In this document: positions 26,906-40,378 of the stretch, one piece after another
Position numbering within the stretch: the first letter of the stretch is position 1
How the letters are laid out: each line of letters starts with the position of its first letter
Assembly: GCA_963703565.1 (NCBI GenBank)
Contig: CAVPEW010000007.1
Coordinates: forward strand, 5,240 to 69,239
From: an uncultured Microthrixaceae bacterium
GTDB taxonomy: Bacteria; Actinomycetota; Acidimicrobiia; Acidimicrobiales; VFJN01
DNA length: 64,000 nucleotides
Direction of reading: 5' to 3'
The notes under the pieces: generated by a model
What the model saw: only the letters and a program-made list of their open reading frames with translations
The model's database searches: none
What the model was told of the DNA's origin: nothing
Made by a program: the position numbers and the translations under genes

Positions 26906-29473
26906 GTGACCGGGATCCCCGACAAGGCCTCCCTGGACGGGCTCGAGGACAAGTGGCGGGATCGGTGGCACGACCAGGGCACCTACCGGTTCGACCGCAC
27001 CGCCTCGCGGGACCAGGTCTTCTCGATCGACACGCCGCCGCCCACCGTTTCGGGCAGCCTGCACCCGGGCCACGTCTTCTCCTACACCCACACCGACCTG
27101 ATCGCCCGGTTCTGGCGCATGCGGGGCAAGGCGGTCTTCTACCCCATGGGCTGGGACGACAACGGGCTCAACGTGGAACGGCGCGTCCAGTTGCTCACGG
27201 GGACCATCGTCGACCCCACGCTGGCCTACGACCCGGACCTGGTGCGACCGGAGCGCGTCGATCGAAAGGCGCGGCCGACCCCTGTGTCGCGACCGAACTT
27301 CGTCGAGCTGTGCGAGCAGGTCGTGCCCGAGATGGAGGCGCAGTACCAGCGACTGTGGACGACGTTGGGCCTCTCGGTCGACTGGGACCAGACCTACACC
27401 ACCATCGGCCCCCGCGCGACGCGCAGCTCACAGCGCGGCTTTCTCAGGCTCGTGCACCGTGACCTGGCCTACCGGGCGGAGTCGCCCACCCTGTGGGACG
27501 TGGACATGCGCACAAGCGTGGCCCAGGCCGAGCTGGCGGACCGCGAGGTGCCTGGCGCCTACCACACGCTGCTGTTCGGTGGGCCCGACGGCGGAGCCAT
27601 CCGCATCGACACCACCCGGCCGGAGCTGCTGGCGGCGTGCGTGGCGATCGTGGCCCACCCCGACGACGAACGGTACCGACCCCTGGTCGGGCGCCGAGCC
27701 GTGACGCCCCTGTTCGGCGTGTCGGTCCCGGTGCTGACCCACGAGCTGGCCGACCCGGACAAGGGCACCGGCGTGGCCATGATCTGCACCTTCGGCGACA
27801 CCACCGACGTCACCTGGTGGCGGGAGCTGGGCCTCCCGGTGCGAGCAGTGGTGCAACGCGACGGGCGCCTGCGCCCGCTGCGCTGGGGCGAACCGGGCTG
27901 GGAGTGCGCCGATCCGGCGGCTGCCCAGGCCGTCTACGACCAGCTGGCCGGGCTGACCGTGCGGTCGGCGCAGGCGCGCATCGTCGAGTTGCTGGCAGGG
28001 TCGGGCGCTCTCGCCGGCGACCCTCGTCCGATCACCCACCCGGTCAAGTTCTGGGAGAACGGCACCCGACCGCTCGAGATCGTCACCAGCCAGCAGTGGT
28101 TCATCCGCTACCCGCCACGCGAAGAGCTGTTGGCGCGCGGAACCGAGCTGTCGTGGTGGCCCGACCACATGCGGGTCCGCTACGAGAACTGGGTCAACGG
28201 CCTCGCCGGTGACTGGAACATCACCCGACAACGGTTCTTCGGGGTGCCGTTCCCGGTCTGGTACCCGATCGATGCCGACGGGTCCGTCGACTGGCTCTCG
28301 CCCATCCTCGCCGACGAGGACGACCTTCCGGTCGACCCGACGACGACCCCGGCGCCGGGCTACGACGAGTCACAGCGCAACGCACCGGGCGGCTTCGCTG
28401 CGGATCCCGACGTGATGGACACATGGGCGACCTCGTCGCTCACCCCGCAGATCGCATGCGGCTGGATCGACGATCCGGACCTGTTCGCGCGCACGTTCCC
28501 CATGGACCTTCGCCCCCAGGCCCACGAGATCATCCGCACGTGGCTGTTCTCCACGGTGGTGCGCAGCCACTACGAGCACGGCATGCTGCCCTGGGCCAAC
28601 GCATCCATCTCCGGCTTCATCGTCGATCCCGACCGAAAGAAGCTGTCCAAGTCGGCGGGCAACATGCCCGACGACCCGTTCGCGCTGATCGAGCGCCACG
28701 GTGCCGACGCCCTGCGCTACTGGGCGGCGAGGGGCCGACCGGGCATGGACATGACCTTCGACGAGGGTCAGATGCGCATCGGGCGGCGGCTGGCCACCAA
28801 GCTGCTGAACGCGTCGCGCTTCTCGCTCAACCTCACCGGCGTCGGCGGGCCCGCTCCCGACGCCGCCGCGGTGACCGAACCCCTGGACCGGGCCATGCTG
28901 GCCCAGCTCGCCGAGCTGGTCGAGGAGGTGACCACGGCGTTCGAGTCATTCGACTACGCCCGCGCGCTCGAGCGCACGGAGGCCTTCTTCTGGCCGTTCT
29001 GCGACGACTACCTCGAGCTGGTGAAGAACCGTGCCTACGGCGCTTCGGGCGACGAGGGCAGCAGGTCCGCCGCCGCCGCTCTGACGCTGGCGGTGTCGAC
29101 CGTCCTGCGGCTCTTCGCGCCGTTCCTGCCCTTCGTCACCGAAGAGGTGTGGTCGTGGTGGCGGTCCGGGTCGGTGCACCGCGCGCAGTGGCCCACCTCG
29201 GGCGAGCTGGCCGGCGTGACCGGCGGTGGCGCTCCCCTGGCGCTGGCCGCCAGCACCTTGCGCGAGGTCCGCAAGGCCAAGACCGCCGCCAAGCGCTCCA
29301 TGCGAGCCGAGGTGGCCCGGGTCGTGGTGCGCGCCACGGCTGCAGACCGCGACGCTCTCGCGCTGGTGGCCGATGACCTCCGGGGGGCCGGCGTGATCGA
29401 CGAGCTCGACCTGCTCGTCGACGCCGCCGCCCCGGCAGGCTCCCCCGAGGTGGCGGTCACCCTCGAGGGGTGA
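26906..29473 (+). CDS. valS: valine--tRNA ligase (actinobacterial type)
   Basis: PDKASLDGLEDKWRDRW...FSIDTPPPTVSGSLHPGHVFSYTHTDLIARFWRMRGKAVFYPMGWDDNGL...KLSKSAGN. GTG at 26906. Confidence 0.9.
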   Translation: MTGIPDKASLDGLEDKWRDRWHDQGTYRFDRTASRDQVFSIDTPPPTVSGSLHPGHVFSYTHTDLIARFWRMRGKAVFYPMGWDDNGLNVERRVQLLTGTIVDPTLAYDPDLVRPERVDRKARPTPVSRPNFVELCEQVVPEMEAQYQRLWTTLGLSVDWDQTYTTIGPRATRSSQRGFLRLVHRDLAYRAESPTLWDVDMRTSVAQAELADREVPGAYHTLLFGGPDGGAIRIDTTRPELLAACVAIVAHPDDERYRPLVGRRAVTPLFGVSVPVLTHELADPDKGTGVAMICTFGDTTDVTWWRELGLPVRAVVQRDGRLRPLRWGEPGWECADPAAAQAVYDQLAGLTVRSAQARIVELLAGSGALAGDPRPITHPVKFWENGTRPLEIVTSQQWFIRYPPREELLARGTELSWWPDHMRVRYENWVNGLAGDWNITRQRFFGVPFPVWYPIDADGSVDWLSPILADEDDLPVDPTTTPAPGYDESQRNAPGGFAADPDVMDTWATSSLTPQIACGWIDDPDLFARTFPMDLRPQAHEIIRTWLFSTVVRSHYEHGMLPWANASISGFIVDPDRKKLSKSAGNMPDDPFALIERHGADALRYWAARGRPGMDMTFDEGQMRIGRRLATKLLNASRFSLNLTGVGGPAPDAAAVTEPLDRAMLAQLAELVEEVTTAFESFDYARALERTEAFFWPFCDDYLELVKNRAYGASGDEGSRSAAAALTLAVSTVLRLFAPFLPFVTEEVWSWWRSGSVHRAQWPTSGELAGVTGGGAPLALAASTLREVRKAKTAAKRSMRAEVARVVVRATAADRDALALVADDLRGAGVIDELDLLVDAAAPAGSPEVAVTLEG

Positions 29474-30532
29474 TCACCCGTCGAGGTCGGCGGCGCCCGA
29501 CTCGACCTCGACAGAGTGGCCGGGCTCCCGCCGGACCCAGATCGTCCTCTGCGGGAACGGGATCTCGATGCCCGCCTCGTCGAACGCCGCCTTGAGACGG
29601 CGGCGCAGCTCGCGCAGCACCCCGAACTGCTCCGAGGGCTGTGTCTTGACCACCAGCCGGATCGCCATGCCATCGGTCCCGAAGCGCTCGATCCCCCAGA
29701 CCTCCGGCTCCTCGAGGATCTGGCCCCTCCAGGAGGGGTCGGCCCAAAGCCGGTCGGCAACGGCTTTGATCGTGGCCTGGGCGACGTCGACATCGGTTCC
29801 GTAGGCGACATCGACGTCGAGCAGGGCGCGGGCCCACTGCTGGCTCATGTTGCCGATTCGCACGATCTGGCCGTTGGGGATGTGCCAGACGGTGCCGTTG
29901 ACGTCGCGCAGGCGCGTCGAGCGCAGCGACACCGCCTCGACGGTGCCGCTCGCCTCGCCGGCATCGACGATGTCGCCCACTCCGTACTGGTCCTCGATGA
30001 GCATGAAGATGCCCGACAGGAAGTCCTTGACCAGGCTCTGGGCGCCGAAGCCCAGAGCGACCCCGGCGATGCCGGCGCTGGCGATGAGAGGACCGATGCT
30101 GATCCCCAGCTCGCCGAGGATCGTGGCGCCGGCCACGGCCCAGATGGCGAAGGTGGCCATGCTGCGAAGCACCAGACCGATCGTGCGTGCCCGGGCCGCC
30201 GCCCGCAGCGACACCTGGCCGGTCTCGAGCATCCCGGGTACCCGGCCCCCCAGACGGGTGGCCCGAAGGCGGCGCTTGACCCGCCGGTTGGCCGGGTCGG
30301 CGCCGCCGAGGCTGGCGGAGAAGCGATCCACCGCCCGGCTCACCACCTTGTTGGCGAGCCAGGCCAACAGCACGACCACTGCGATCGTGGCCGGCTTGCC
30401 GAAAGCGACGTCGACGGCCTCCGCTGCCCCGGGGCTACCGGTCCAGTCGAGGACCCGCCGGCACACGAAGGAGGGGTCGACGCCGCACGCCTCGGTCAGT
30501 TCGGGATCGGCCGGCACCGCCTGGACGAGCAC
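29474..30532 (-). CDS. mechanosensitive ion channel family protein (MscS-like)
   Basis: SGIFMLIEDQYGVGDIVDAGEASGTVEAVSLRSTRLRDVNGTVWHIPNG. The start is uncertain: GTG at 30532, with the ORF open to 30688, which would overlap cbtA. Its stop abuts the valS stop (TGATCA). Confidence 0.75.
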   Translation of the reverse strand: MLVQAVPADPELTEACGVDPSFVCRRVLDWTGSPGAAEAVDVAFGKPATIAVVVLLAWLANKVVSRAVDRFSASLGGADPANRRVKRRLRATRLGGRVPGMLETGQVSLRAAARARTIGLVLRSMATFAIWAVAGATILGELGISIGPLIASAGIAGVALGFGAQSLVKDFLSGIFMLIEDQYGVGDIVDAGEASGTVEAVSLRSTRLRDVNGTVWHIPNGQIVRIGNMSQQWARALLDVDVAYGTDVDVAQATIKAVADRLWADPSWRGQILEEPEVWGIERFGTDGMAIRLVVKTQPSEQFGVLRELRRRLKAAFDEAGIEIPFPQRTIWVRREPGHSVEVESGAADLDG

Positions 30533-30605
30533 GGCGAGCCACCCTATCGAGGCGCCCGGCGCCCCGACGGGGAGCGCGCGGCCGGCGGCATCGGCGCCCG
30601 CGCCC

Positions 30606-31400
30606 CTACCCGCTGGCTGCGCCGGCCAGGGTCGGCGGCCGCTCCGGCACCGGAGCCGACCAGCGCTGGGCGAGCAGGGCGAAGCCAACGCACAGCGAGG
30701 TCCACAACACGGCGTTGCCGGTGAGCGACATGAGGCGGAACTGCCAGATCAGGTTGGCGGGAACGGACAGCTCGACCCCCTGCGATGGGAGCAGAGCCAT
30801 AGCGGCCAGCACCGGCGCGAGGCCGGCCGCGGCCGCACCGACGGTCACCGAGGGCTCCGACCAGCGGCGGTCCCGAAGCCGTTGGCGCAGCGCGAACGCG
30901 ACGAGCCAGGCCAGGCCGGTGACCACGATCAGCGCCACGTAGGACGCCTGGCGCTGCGAGATCGTGTCCGGGTCGCCCACCGCCGGAGGGTTCGGCGGGT
31001 ACTTGAGCCACGGCACCACCGTCACGGTCGTCGCCAGCACCGCACCGGCCACCAGCGCCCGGCGGAACGGGTCCGGCTGACCGATCCGCATCGCCCACCA
31101 CGCGATCCCGAACAACGCACCGAAGGCAGCTCCGGCCAGGGCTGTCCCCCCGAAGAGTCCTACGCCGCGCTGGGTCGAGCGGCTGATCTGCACCTCCGAG
31201 CCCGCCACGTCACCGGGATCGTGGGTCGCGGTGTGGTCTGCTGCCGCGGCGCCCGCGTCGAGCTCGGCGCGGGCCACCTCGATCGCGATGGCGTCCTCGA
31301 TGCGAGGCTCGCCCCCGATGGAGAAGACCACGGCCGCGAGCAGGCCGGCCAGCAGACCCACCACCGCCGCGGCGAGGATCGCAGGACCGGGGCGCGACAT
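30606..31400 (-). CDS. cbtA: cobalt transporter subunit CbtA-like
   Basis: MSRPGPAILAAAVVGLLAG...GEPRIEDAIAIE...HTATHDPGD (His-rich loop), multiple TMs, immediately downstream of cbtB. Confidence 0.7.
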   Translation of the reverse strand: MSRPGPAILAAAVVGLLAGLLAAVVFSIGGEPRIEDAIAIEVARAELDAGAAAADHTATHDPGDVAGSEVQISRSTQRGVGLFGGTALAGAAFGALFGIAWWAMRIGQPDPFRRALVAGAVLATTVTVVPWLKYPPNPPAVGDPDTISQRQASYVALIVVTGLAWLVAFALRQRLRDRRWSEPSVTVGAAAAGLAPVLAAMALLPSQGVELSVPANLIWQFRLMSLTGNAVLWTSLCVGFALLAQRWSAPVPERPPTLAGAASG

Positions 31401-31425
31401 CGAGCGGGGCACCGACGAGCCCCGC

Positions 31426-31653
31426 TCAATGGCAGGGAACGCCCAGCAGGTGCCGGGCGTCGTGGAACAGCTCGTGCACCGCATTGCCGGCCGCGGCGCT
31501 CTGGGCGCCCACGAGGTCGAGCAGCTGGCTGTTCTCGAAGGTGACCAGCCACCACAGCACCACCGCCGCCACGCCGACCACCCAGGCCCAGCGGGGCACG
31601 GGGTTGATGTCGACGGCGGGCAGCCGGGTGGTCGACTCGGTCTCGTTGGGCAT
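31426..31653 (-). CDS. cbtB: cobalt transporter subunit CbtB-like
   Basis: MPNETEST...WAWVVGVAAVVLWWLV...HELFHDARHLLGVPCH (C-terminal His/Cys metal motif). GGAGGA lies 5 nt upstream of the ATG at 31653. Confidence 0.75.
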   Translation of the reverse strand: MPNETESTTRLPAVDINPVPRWAWVVGVAAVVLWWLVTFENSQLLDLVGAQSAAAGNAVHELFHDARHLLGVPCH

Positions 31654-31694
31654 TCGGTCCTCCATCCTCGTGGGGTCGACCCCGGCGGGGCCGC

Positions 31695-31850
31695 GTCCTT
31701 GCCACGGACGGTCTCCTGGCTCCCGGATCACCGCTCGCCCCGCCTTCCCGGCTGCTGCCAGTGGCGTAGTGGGGTTCGCTCCCCGGTCACAGTGGCGGGA
31801 CCGCGCCGGACTCGCACCGGCTTCCCGTTCCCGTGGCGGGTCGACCCTAG
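31695..31850 (-). promoter_or_regulatory. cobalamin (B12) riboswitch upstream of cbtB-cbtA
   Basis: The minus strand reads GCCACGGGAACGGGAAGCCGGTGCGAGTCCGGCGCGGTCCCGCCACTGTGACCGGGGAGCGAACCCCACTACGCCACTGGCAGCAGCCGGGAAGGCGGGGCGAGCGGTGATCCGGGAGCCAGGAGACCGTCCGTGGC. It has the GGGAA..GGTG..A.TCC...CCCGCCACTG core, GCCACTGG...GGGAAGGC, the B12-box-like GAGCCAGGAGACC, and a closing helix CCACGG/CCGTGG. Confidence 0.85.
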
Positions 31851-31878
31851 CGCGGGCGCGGCTGGTGCGACCGGGGCA

Positions 31879-33369
31879 TCACAGGGTCCCGGCCGACAGA
31901 GCCTTCTTGACCACCTTGCCGAGCGCGTTGCGTGGCAGGGAGTCGACCACGCGCACCAGCCGAGGCACCTTGTAGGCGGCCAGCTGGCGACGGGCGTGGG
32001 CGAGCACGTCGGCCTCGTCGAACGCGACGCCCGGCGCGGCGACCACCACGGCAGTGACGATCTCACCCCACTCCGGCGACGGGGTCCCCACGACGGCGGC
32101 CTCCGCCACGCAGCTGTGGGCGCACAGCACGTCCTCGACCTCGCGGGGGTACACGTTGTAGCCCCCCGAGATGACGAGCTCGCTGGCCCGGCCCACGATG
32201 CGCAGGTAGCCGTCGGGATCGGTGCGGCCCAGGTCCCCGGTGCGGAACCAGCCGTCGGCGTCGAGGGCCGCCTCGGTGAACCCAGGGCTCCCGAGGTAGC
32301 CGGCGAAGACGCTCGGCCCGCGGACGGTCACCTCGCCTTCACCGTCGGGACCGTCGACCAGGCGGAGCTCGACCCCGGGCAGGGGCAGTCCGACAGAGCC
32401 CGGGCGTCGCTCCCCCCGGTAGGGGTTCGAAACGGTCAGCAGCGTCTCGGTGGTGCCGTAGCGCTCCAGGACCTCCACACCCGCCCGGTCGCGCATCCGC
32501 TCCCACAGGGCGGGCGACAGCGGGGCCGACCCGCTCACGCACAGGCGCAGGCGCGCCAGGCGCCCGACCTGGTCGTGATCGGCGAGCCTGGCGTACATGG
32601 TCGGCACCCCGAAGAACATCGTGGCGCGGTGCTCATCGACGGCGCCCAACACGGCCTCCGGCTCGAACCTGGGCTGCAGCACCGCAGAGCCGCCCACCAG
32701 CAGCGTGCCGTGCAGGCCGATCAGCAGCCCGTGAGCGTGGAACAGCGGCAGGGCCAGCACGAGTCGGTCCCGTGCGGTCCATTCCCACTCGCTGGCCACG
32801 GCGGCGGCTCCGGCGAGCAGGTTGGCGTGGGTCAGCACCGCGCCCTTGGGGTGCCCGGTGGTGCCCGAGGTGTAGGCGATGACCGCTGGCGAGCCCGGGT
32901 CGACCTCGTCGAGGACCGTGTCGTCGGTACTGCCCTGGCCTGCCGGAAGCCCCGAGGCGTCCGTGGCCGAGACCACCGCTGTGGGCAACGCCCGGCTGAT
33001 CCAGCCGGCGCGCACGGGGTCGTCGATCACCGCGCCCGCCACGCCCGCGTCGGTGGCGATGTGCACCAGCTCGCGCTCGGTGTAGGCGACGTTCGCCGGG
33101 ACCACCACCAGGCCGAGGCGCAGCGCGGCGACGTGGGCCACCACGAGCGCTGCGCTGGCGGGAGCGCTGACGAGGACGCGATCGCCCGAGACCAGGCCGG
33201 CCGCCGCCATGCGTCCGGCGACCTCGGCGCTGCGTCGGTCGAGCTCGCCCCGGCTCCACCACAGCGTCGCCGTGGTGTGCAGCACCGGCGCCTCCGGCTC
33301 GGCCCTCGCGGCGCACGACCACGCCCGGGGCAGCGAGCCAGCGCTGCGGAGCTCCTCGAAGCGGTCCAC
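31879..33369 (-). CDS. AMP-dependent acyl-CoA synthetase/ligase
   Basis: IAYTSGTTGHPKGAVLTH (AMP-binding motif I), YGTTE, TGDLG, GKVVKK C-terminal lysine. Confidence 0.85.
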   Translation of the reverse strand: MDRFEELRSAGSLPRAWSCAARAEPEAPVLHTTATLWWSRGELDRRSAEVAGRMAAAGLVSGDRVLVSAPASAALVVAHVAALRLGLVVVPANVAYTERELVHIATDAGVAGAVIDDPVRAGWISRALPTAVVSATDASGLPAGQGSTDDTVLDEVDPGSPAVIAYTSGTTGHPKGAVLTHANLLAGAAAVASEWEWTARDRLVLALPLFHAHGLLIGLHGTLLVGGSAVLQPRFEPEAVLGAVDEHRATMFFGVPTMYARLADHDQVGRLARLRLCVSGSAPLSPALWERMRDRAGVEVLERYGTTETLLTVSNPYRGERRPGSVGLPLPGVELRLVDGPDGEGEVTVRGPSVFAGYLGSPGFTEAALDADGWFRTGDLGRTDPDGYLRIVGRASELVISGGYNVYPREVEDVLCAHSCVAEAAVVGTPSPEWGEIVTAVVVAAPGVAFDEADVLAHARRQLAAYKVPRLVRVVDSLPRNALGKVVKKALSAGTL

Positions 33370-33384
33370 CCGGTGCGGGCCGGC

Positions 33385-34404
<1,020 letters not shown>

Positions 34405-34480
34405 CTCGGTTCGGGTCACCAAGGGGGCAACCCCGGGCCGGTGGCAGATCTTCCCGGTGCGGGCGACTGTGCTCGGTCGC

Positions 34481-34795
34481 TCAGCCCCTGCGCATGCCGG
34501 CGCTGAACACCGCAGCGCCGATGATGGCCAGCACGATCGAGGACAACCCACCGCTGGCCAGGATCGGCATCTGCAGCTCGACCAGGTTCCGGTCCTGGAC
34601 ACCGTTCCAGGTGATGAAGACCAGCACCAGCGACACCACCCACAAGATGGCGGCGATCACGACCAGGCCACGACGTTCGCTCGCGCTCGCGGCTCCGGGC
34701 GCGGTCGAACCGCCTCCCACCAGGCCGGCGAAGGCAGACCAGTCGACGACCACCTCGTCGGGGCCGGTGTCGATGGGGGTGCTGCTCTCGGTCAC
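34481..34795 (-). CDS. small membrane protein (hypothetical, two TM)
   Basis: 104 aa. The GTG start forms a GTGA overlap with the livF-like stop. Hydrophobic segments [18 protein letters not shown] and [16 protein letters not shown]. Confidence 0.5.
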   Translation of the reverse strand: MTESSTPIDTGPDEVVVDWSAFAGLVGGGSTAPGAASASERRGLVVIAAILWVVSLVLVFITWNGVQDRNLVELQMPILASGGLSSIVLAIIGAAVFSAGMRRG

Positions 34796-35519
34796 GTTGT
34801 TCCTCCCTGTGCTCCGAAGTAGGTGGCGGCCACCTCGCGCTCGAGGCGGTCCGCTAGATCCGAGGCCTGCCCGACCAGGTCGACTCGGCCCAGGTCGAGC
34901 ACGACCACCGTGTCGGCGTGCTCGGCGATGGCCACGCTCTGTTCGACCGCGACCACGGTCACGCCCTCGTCGGCGATGCCGCGGAGCTGGACGAACAGGT
35001 TGCGCACGATCGCCGGGGCCAGGCCCAGGGACGCCTCGTCGACCAGCAGCAGCTGCGGGCGCGCCATCAGCGCCCGACCGATCGCCACCATCTGCTGCTC
35101 GCCGCCCGAAAGGGTGCCGGCGAGCTGCGCGCGGCGCTCACCCAAGCGGGGGAACCGCTCGTAGACATCTTCGATGCGCCCCTGCCGGTCCCGGTAGCTG
35201 CCGGCGCCGAGCGCACCGGCGGCGAGGTTCTCCTCGACGGTCAACGCCCGGAACAGGTGCCGACCCTCGGGGACAAGCGCCACCCCGTGGCGGACCACCT
35301 TGTGGGTGGACCACCCCAGGATCGAGATGCCTCCCACCGCCAGGTCGCCTCCGAGCACCTCGGCGCGCCCCATGATCGCCTTGAGCAGGGTGGACTTGCC
35401 GGCGCCGTTCGCACCCAGCACGGTGGTGAAGCTGCCGGCGGGGACTTCGAGGTCGATGCCGTGCAGTGCGGGGATGCCGTCGTACCCGGCGCGCAGGCCG
35501 GTGAGGCGCAGGTCGCCGC

Positions 35520-35523
<4 letters not shown>
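34792..35523 (-). CDS. livF: branched-chain amino acid ABC transporter ATP-binding protein (LivF-type)
   Basis: GANGAGKSTLLKAIMG, LSGGEQQMVAIGRAL, LLLVDEASLGLAP. ATGA overlap with the upstream fused gene. Confidence 0.8.
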
Positions 35524-38306
<2,783 letters not shown>

Positions 38307-38312
38307 CGACCG

Positions 38313-39605
38313 CTAGAAGCTCGTCTTCCAGTCGGACACGACCTCCTTGGCGGTGCCGTTGGGCCCGACCCTCTCGACGACCACGCCGTGGCCGAGCACG
38401 CGCGAGCCGTCGAACTTGATCGGGTTGAACAGCCCGTTGTCGTAGTCGAGCTTGTCGAGCGACTCGAGGAAGCTCTTGCGGGTCGGGGCCGGGCCGGCCT
38501 GGGTGAGCGCCTCGCGGTAGACGTCGAACAGGCCCCAGTAGGTGAACAGGTCATCGGGCTCGTCGCGATCCGGGTTGGCTGCCTTCCAGGCCGCCCTGGC
38601 CTCCTGGGCGAGCGCGCCGGTGCTCACCGTGGTGCGCACGGACTGGAACCGGTCGCATCCCTCGAGGGTGGGCGGGTACAGCGGTGGCTTGGTGCCGCAG
38701 GCGGCGCTGTTGCTCTGGGTGACGTAGTGGGGCTTGTAGCCGGCAGCGTCGCAGGAGTTGGCCACGAGCCGGGTGACGGTGGGTGCGATGAGCATGTGGA
38801 CGTACTCAACGCCCGCCTGCTGCATCTTGAGGCACTCGGCGCTCGCCTCGTTGGCGTTGCCCTGCTTGTCGAGCGCGTCGTTGATCACGAGGTTGCCCCC
38901 GAGCTTGTCCATCTCCTCGGCGAAGGCCTCTGACGCGCCCTGGCCGTTGGGGCTGTTCCAGCGCAGGAAGGCCACCGGGGCGTCCCCGATCTTGAGGTTG
39001 TTCATCAGGTACTGGGCCATGAGCCGGGCGTTCTGCTCGTAGGTCATCGTGAGGGACCGGTAGCCCGGCTGGTCGATGTAGCCCTTCGAGCTGACGCCGA
39101 GGGACATGTAGGGGATGCCGGCCTCGAGAGCGAGGTTCCCGCAGGCGGCGATCTGGTCGGCACCACCGGTGCCCGAGATGAACAGGACGTCCTGGCTCAG
39201 CATCTGGCGACAGTTGTTGACGGCGGTGTTCACGTCGTAGCCGTCGTCGGTGTACTCGACCACGACCTTGCGGCCGTTGACCCCGCCCGCGGCGTTGACC
39301 TTCTCCCAGAAGGCGTCCGCCACCGCCTTGATGCCCAGGATGCTCTCGACGTCGACGCTGCCGAGCTTGAGCGGCAGGTGGAGACCGAAGCGGATCTCGG
39401 TGTCTGTGACCCCAGTCGCATCGTCTTCGAACAGCGCGTAGTCGCTAGTGGCGTCCTCGGCCGGCGCCTCGGTGGCGCTCGGCTGCTCGCTGGCCTGCGA
39501 GCCGCCCTGGTTGGCAGCGCGGATCGAATCCTCGTCGTCGGACGCGCAGGCTCCCAGAGCCAACGTGCCAGCCAGTAGCAACGCCCCCATCCGGCGTGCG
39601 CGCAT
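38313..39605 (-). CDS. ABC transporter substrate-binding lipoprotein (LivJ/type I periplasmic binding fold)
   Basis: MRARRMGALLLAGTLALGAC|ASDD lipobox at the ATG 39605, followed by a family-1 binding-protein-like body (FISGTGGADQIAACG...). The upstream part of the 589-aa ORF is Arg-rich shadow sequence. Confidence 0.8.
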   Translation of the reverse strand: MRARRMGALLLAGTLALGACASDDEDSIRAANQGGSQASEQPSATEAPAEDATSDYALFEDDATGVTDTEIRFGLHLPLKLGSVDVESILGIKAVADAFWEKVNAAGGVNGRKVVVEYTDDGYDVNTAVNNCRQMLSQDVLFISGTGGADQIAACGNLALEAGIPYMSLGVSSKGYIDQPGYRSLTMTYEQNARLMAQYLMNNLKIGDAPVAFLRWNSPNGQGASEAFAEEMDKLGGNLVINDALDKQGNANEASAECLKMQQAGVEYVHMLIAPTVTRLVANSCDAAGYKPHYVTQSNSAACGTKPPLYPPTLEGCDRFQSVRTTVSTGALAQEARAAWKAANPDRDEPDDLFTYWGLFDVYREALTQAGPAPTRKSFLESLDKLDYDNGLFNPIKFDGSRVLGHGVVVERVGPNGTAKEVVSDWKTSF

Positions 39606-39719
39606 GGTGTCCCCCCCGTTGTCGTTTCGATGGTCGGCCGGACAATGCTCCGCCTGCCGCTGGGTTGCAACTACTCGCTGCGAGCTTCGCACCTTTGAGT
39701 CTCTGCTGGGCGGAAATGT

Positions 39720-39744
39720 GAGACGTCCGGCACCATGCCGTCTC
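39720..39744 (-). terminator. hairpin downstream of the TetR gene (putative terminator)
   Basis: GAGACG...CGTCTC inverted repeat (GAGACGTCCGGCACCATGCCGTCTC), 17 nt after the TetR stop at 39761. Weak U-tract. Confidence 0.3.
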
Positions 39745-39760
39745 AGCTTCGATGGGTGGA

Positions 39761-40378
39761 TCATCCCGGTTCGTCGACCAGGGCGTGGACCAGGCGCTGG
39801 ACCAGCTCCGCGTCGTCGAGCCCGGTCAGGCGGGGCAGCGCCCCGTTGGCCCGCCCGGTCGCGATCCCCACCACCAGCGCGACGGCCAGCTCGGCCGCTG
39901 CGGTCAGGTCGCCGGACGCCCCTGCGGCCCCCAACGCGCCCGCCAAGGGATCGATCACCCGTACTCCCAGGATCCTGGCCAGGCGCTCGGCCACCTCGGC
40001 GGGCAGGTCGGGGGCGACCATCGCCGAGGCCACCGGCGACGTGCCCCGGCGGCTCCAGCGGGCGAGGAGGTAGCCCAGGCACGTCTCGAGGTCCGCGCCG
40101 GCGAGAGGGACGGTGCCGGCCCGCTCCGGATCGTCCAGCACAGCCAGGTACAGGCCCTCCTTCGAGCCGAAGTAGCGGGCGATCAACGAGGGGTCGACCC
40201 TGGCGCGTGCGCCGATCTCGCGCGTCGTGGCCCGGTCGAAGCCACGCTCGTCGAAGAGCGCGCCGGCGGAATCGAGCAACGCTCGCCGCGTCGCGGGGGC
40301 GTCGTGGTGGCCACGCCTGTCGCCCTCGGCACCCCGGTCTGCTGCGCCCGTCTCGTCGGAGGTCGGCGCAGGGCTCAC
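39761..40378 (-). CDS. TetR/AcrR family transcriptional regulator
   Basis: TRRALLDSAGALFDERGFDRATTREIGARARVDPSLIARYFGSKEGLY HTH. GTGA overlap with the MFS gene stop. Confidence 0.85.
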   Translation of the reverse strand: MSPAPTSDETGAADRGAEGDRRGHHDAPATRRALLDSAGALFDERGFDRATTREIGARARVDPSLIARYFGSKEGLYLAVLDDPERAGTVPLAGADLETCLGYLLARWSRRGTSPVASAMVAPDLPAEVAERLARILGVRVIDPLAGALGAAGASGDLTAAAELAVALVVGIATGRANGALPRLTGLDDAELVQRLVHALVDEPG

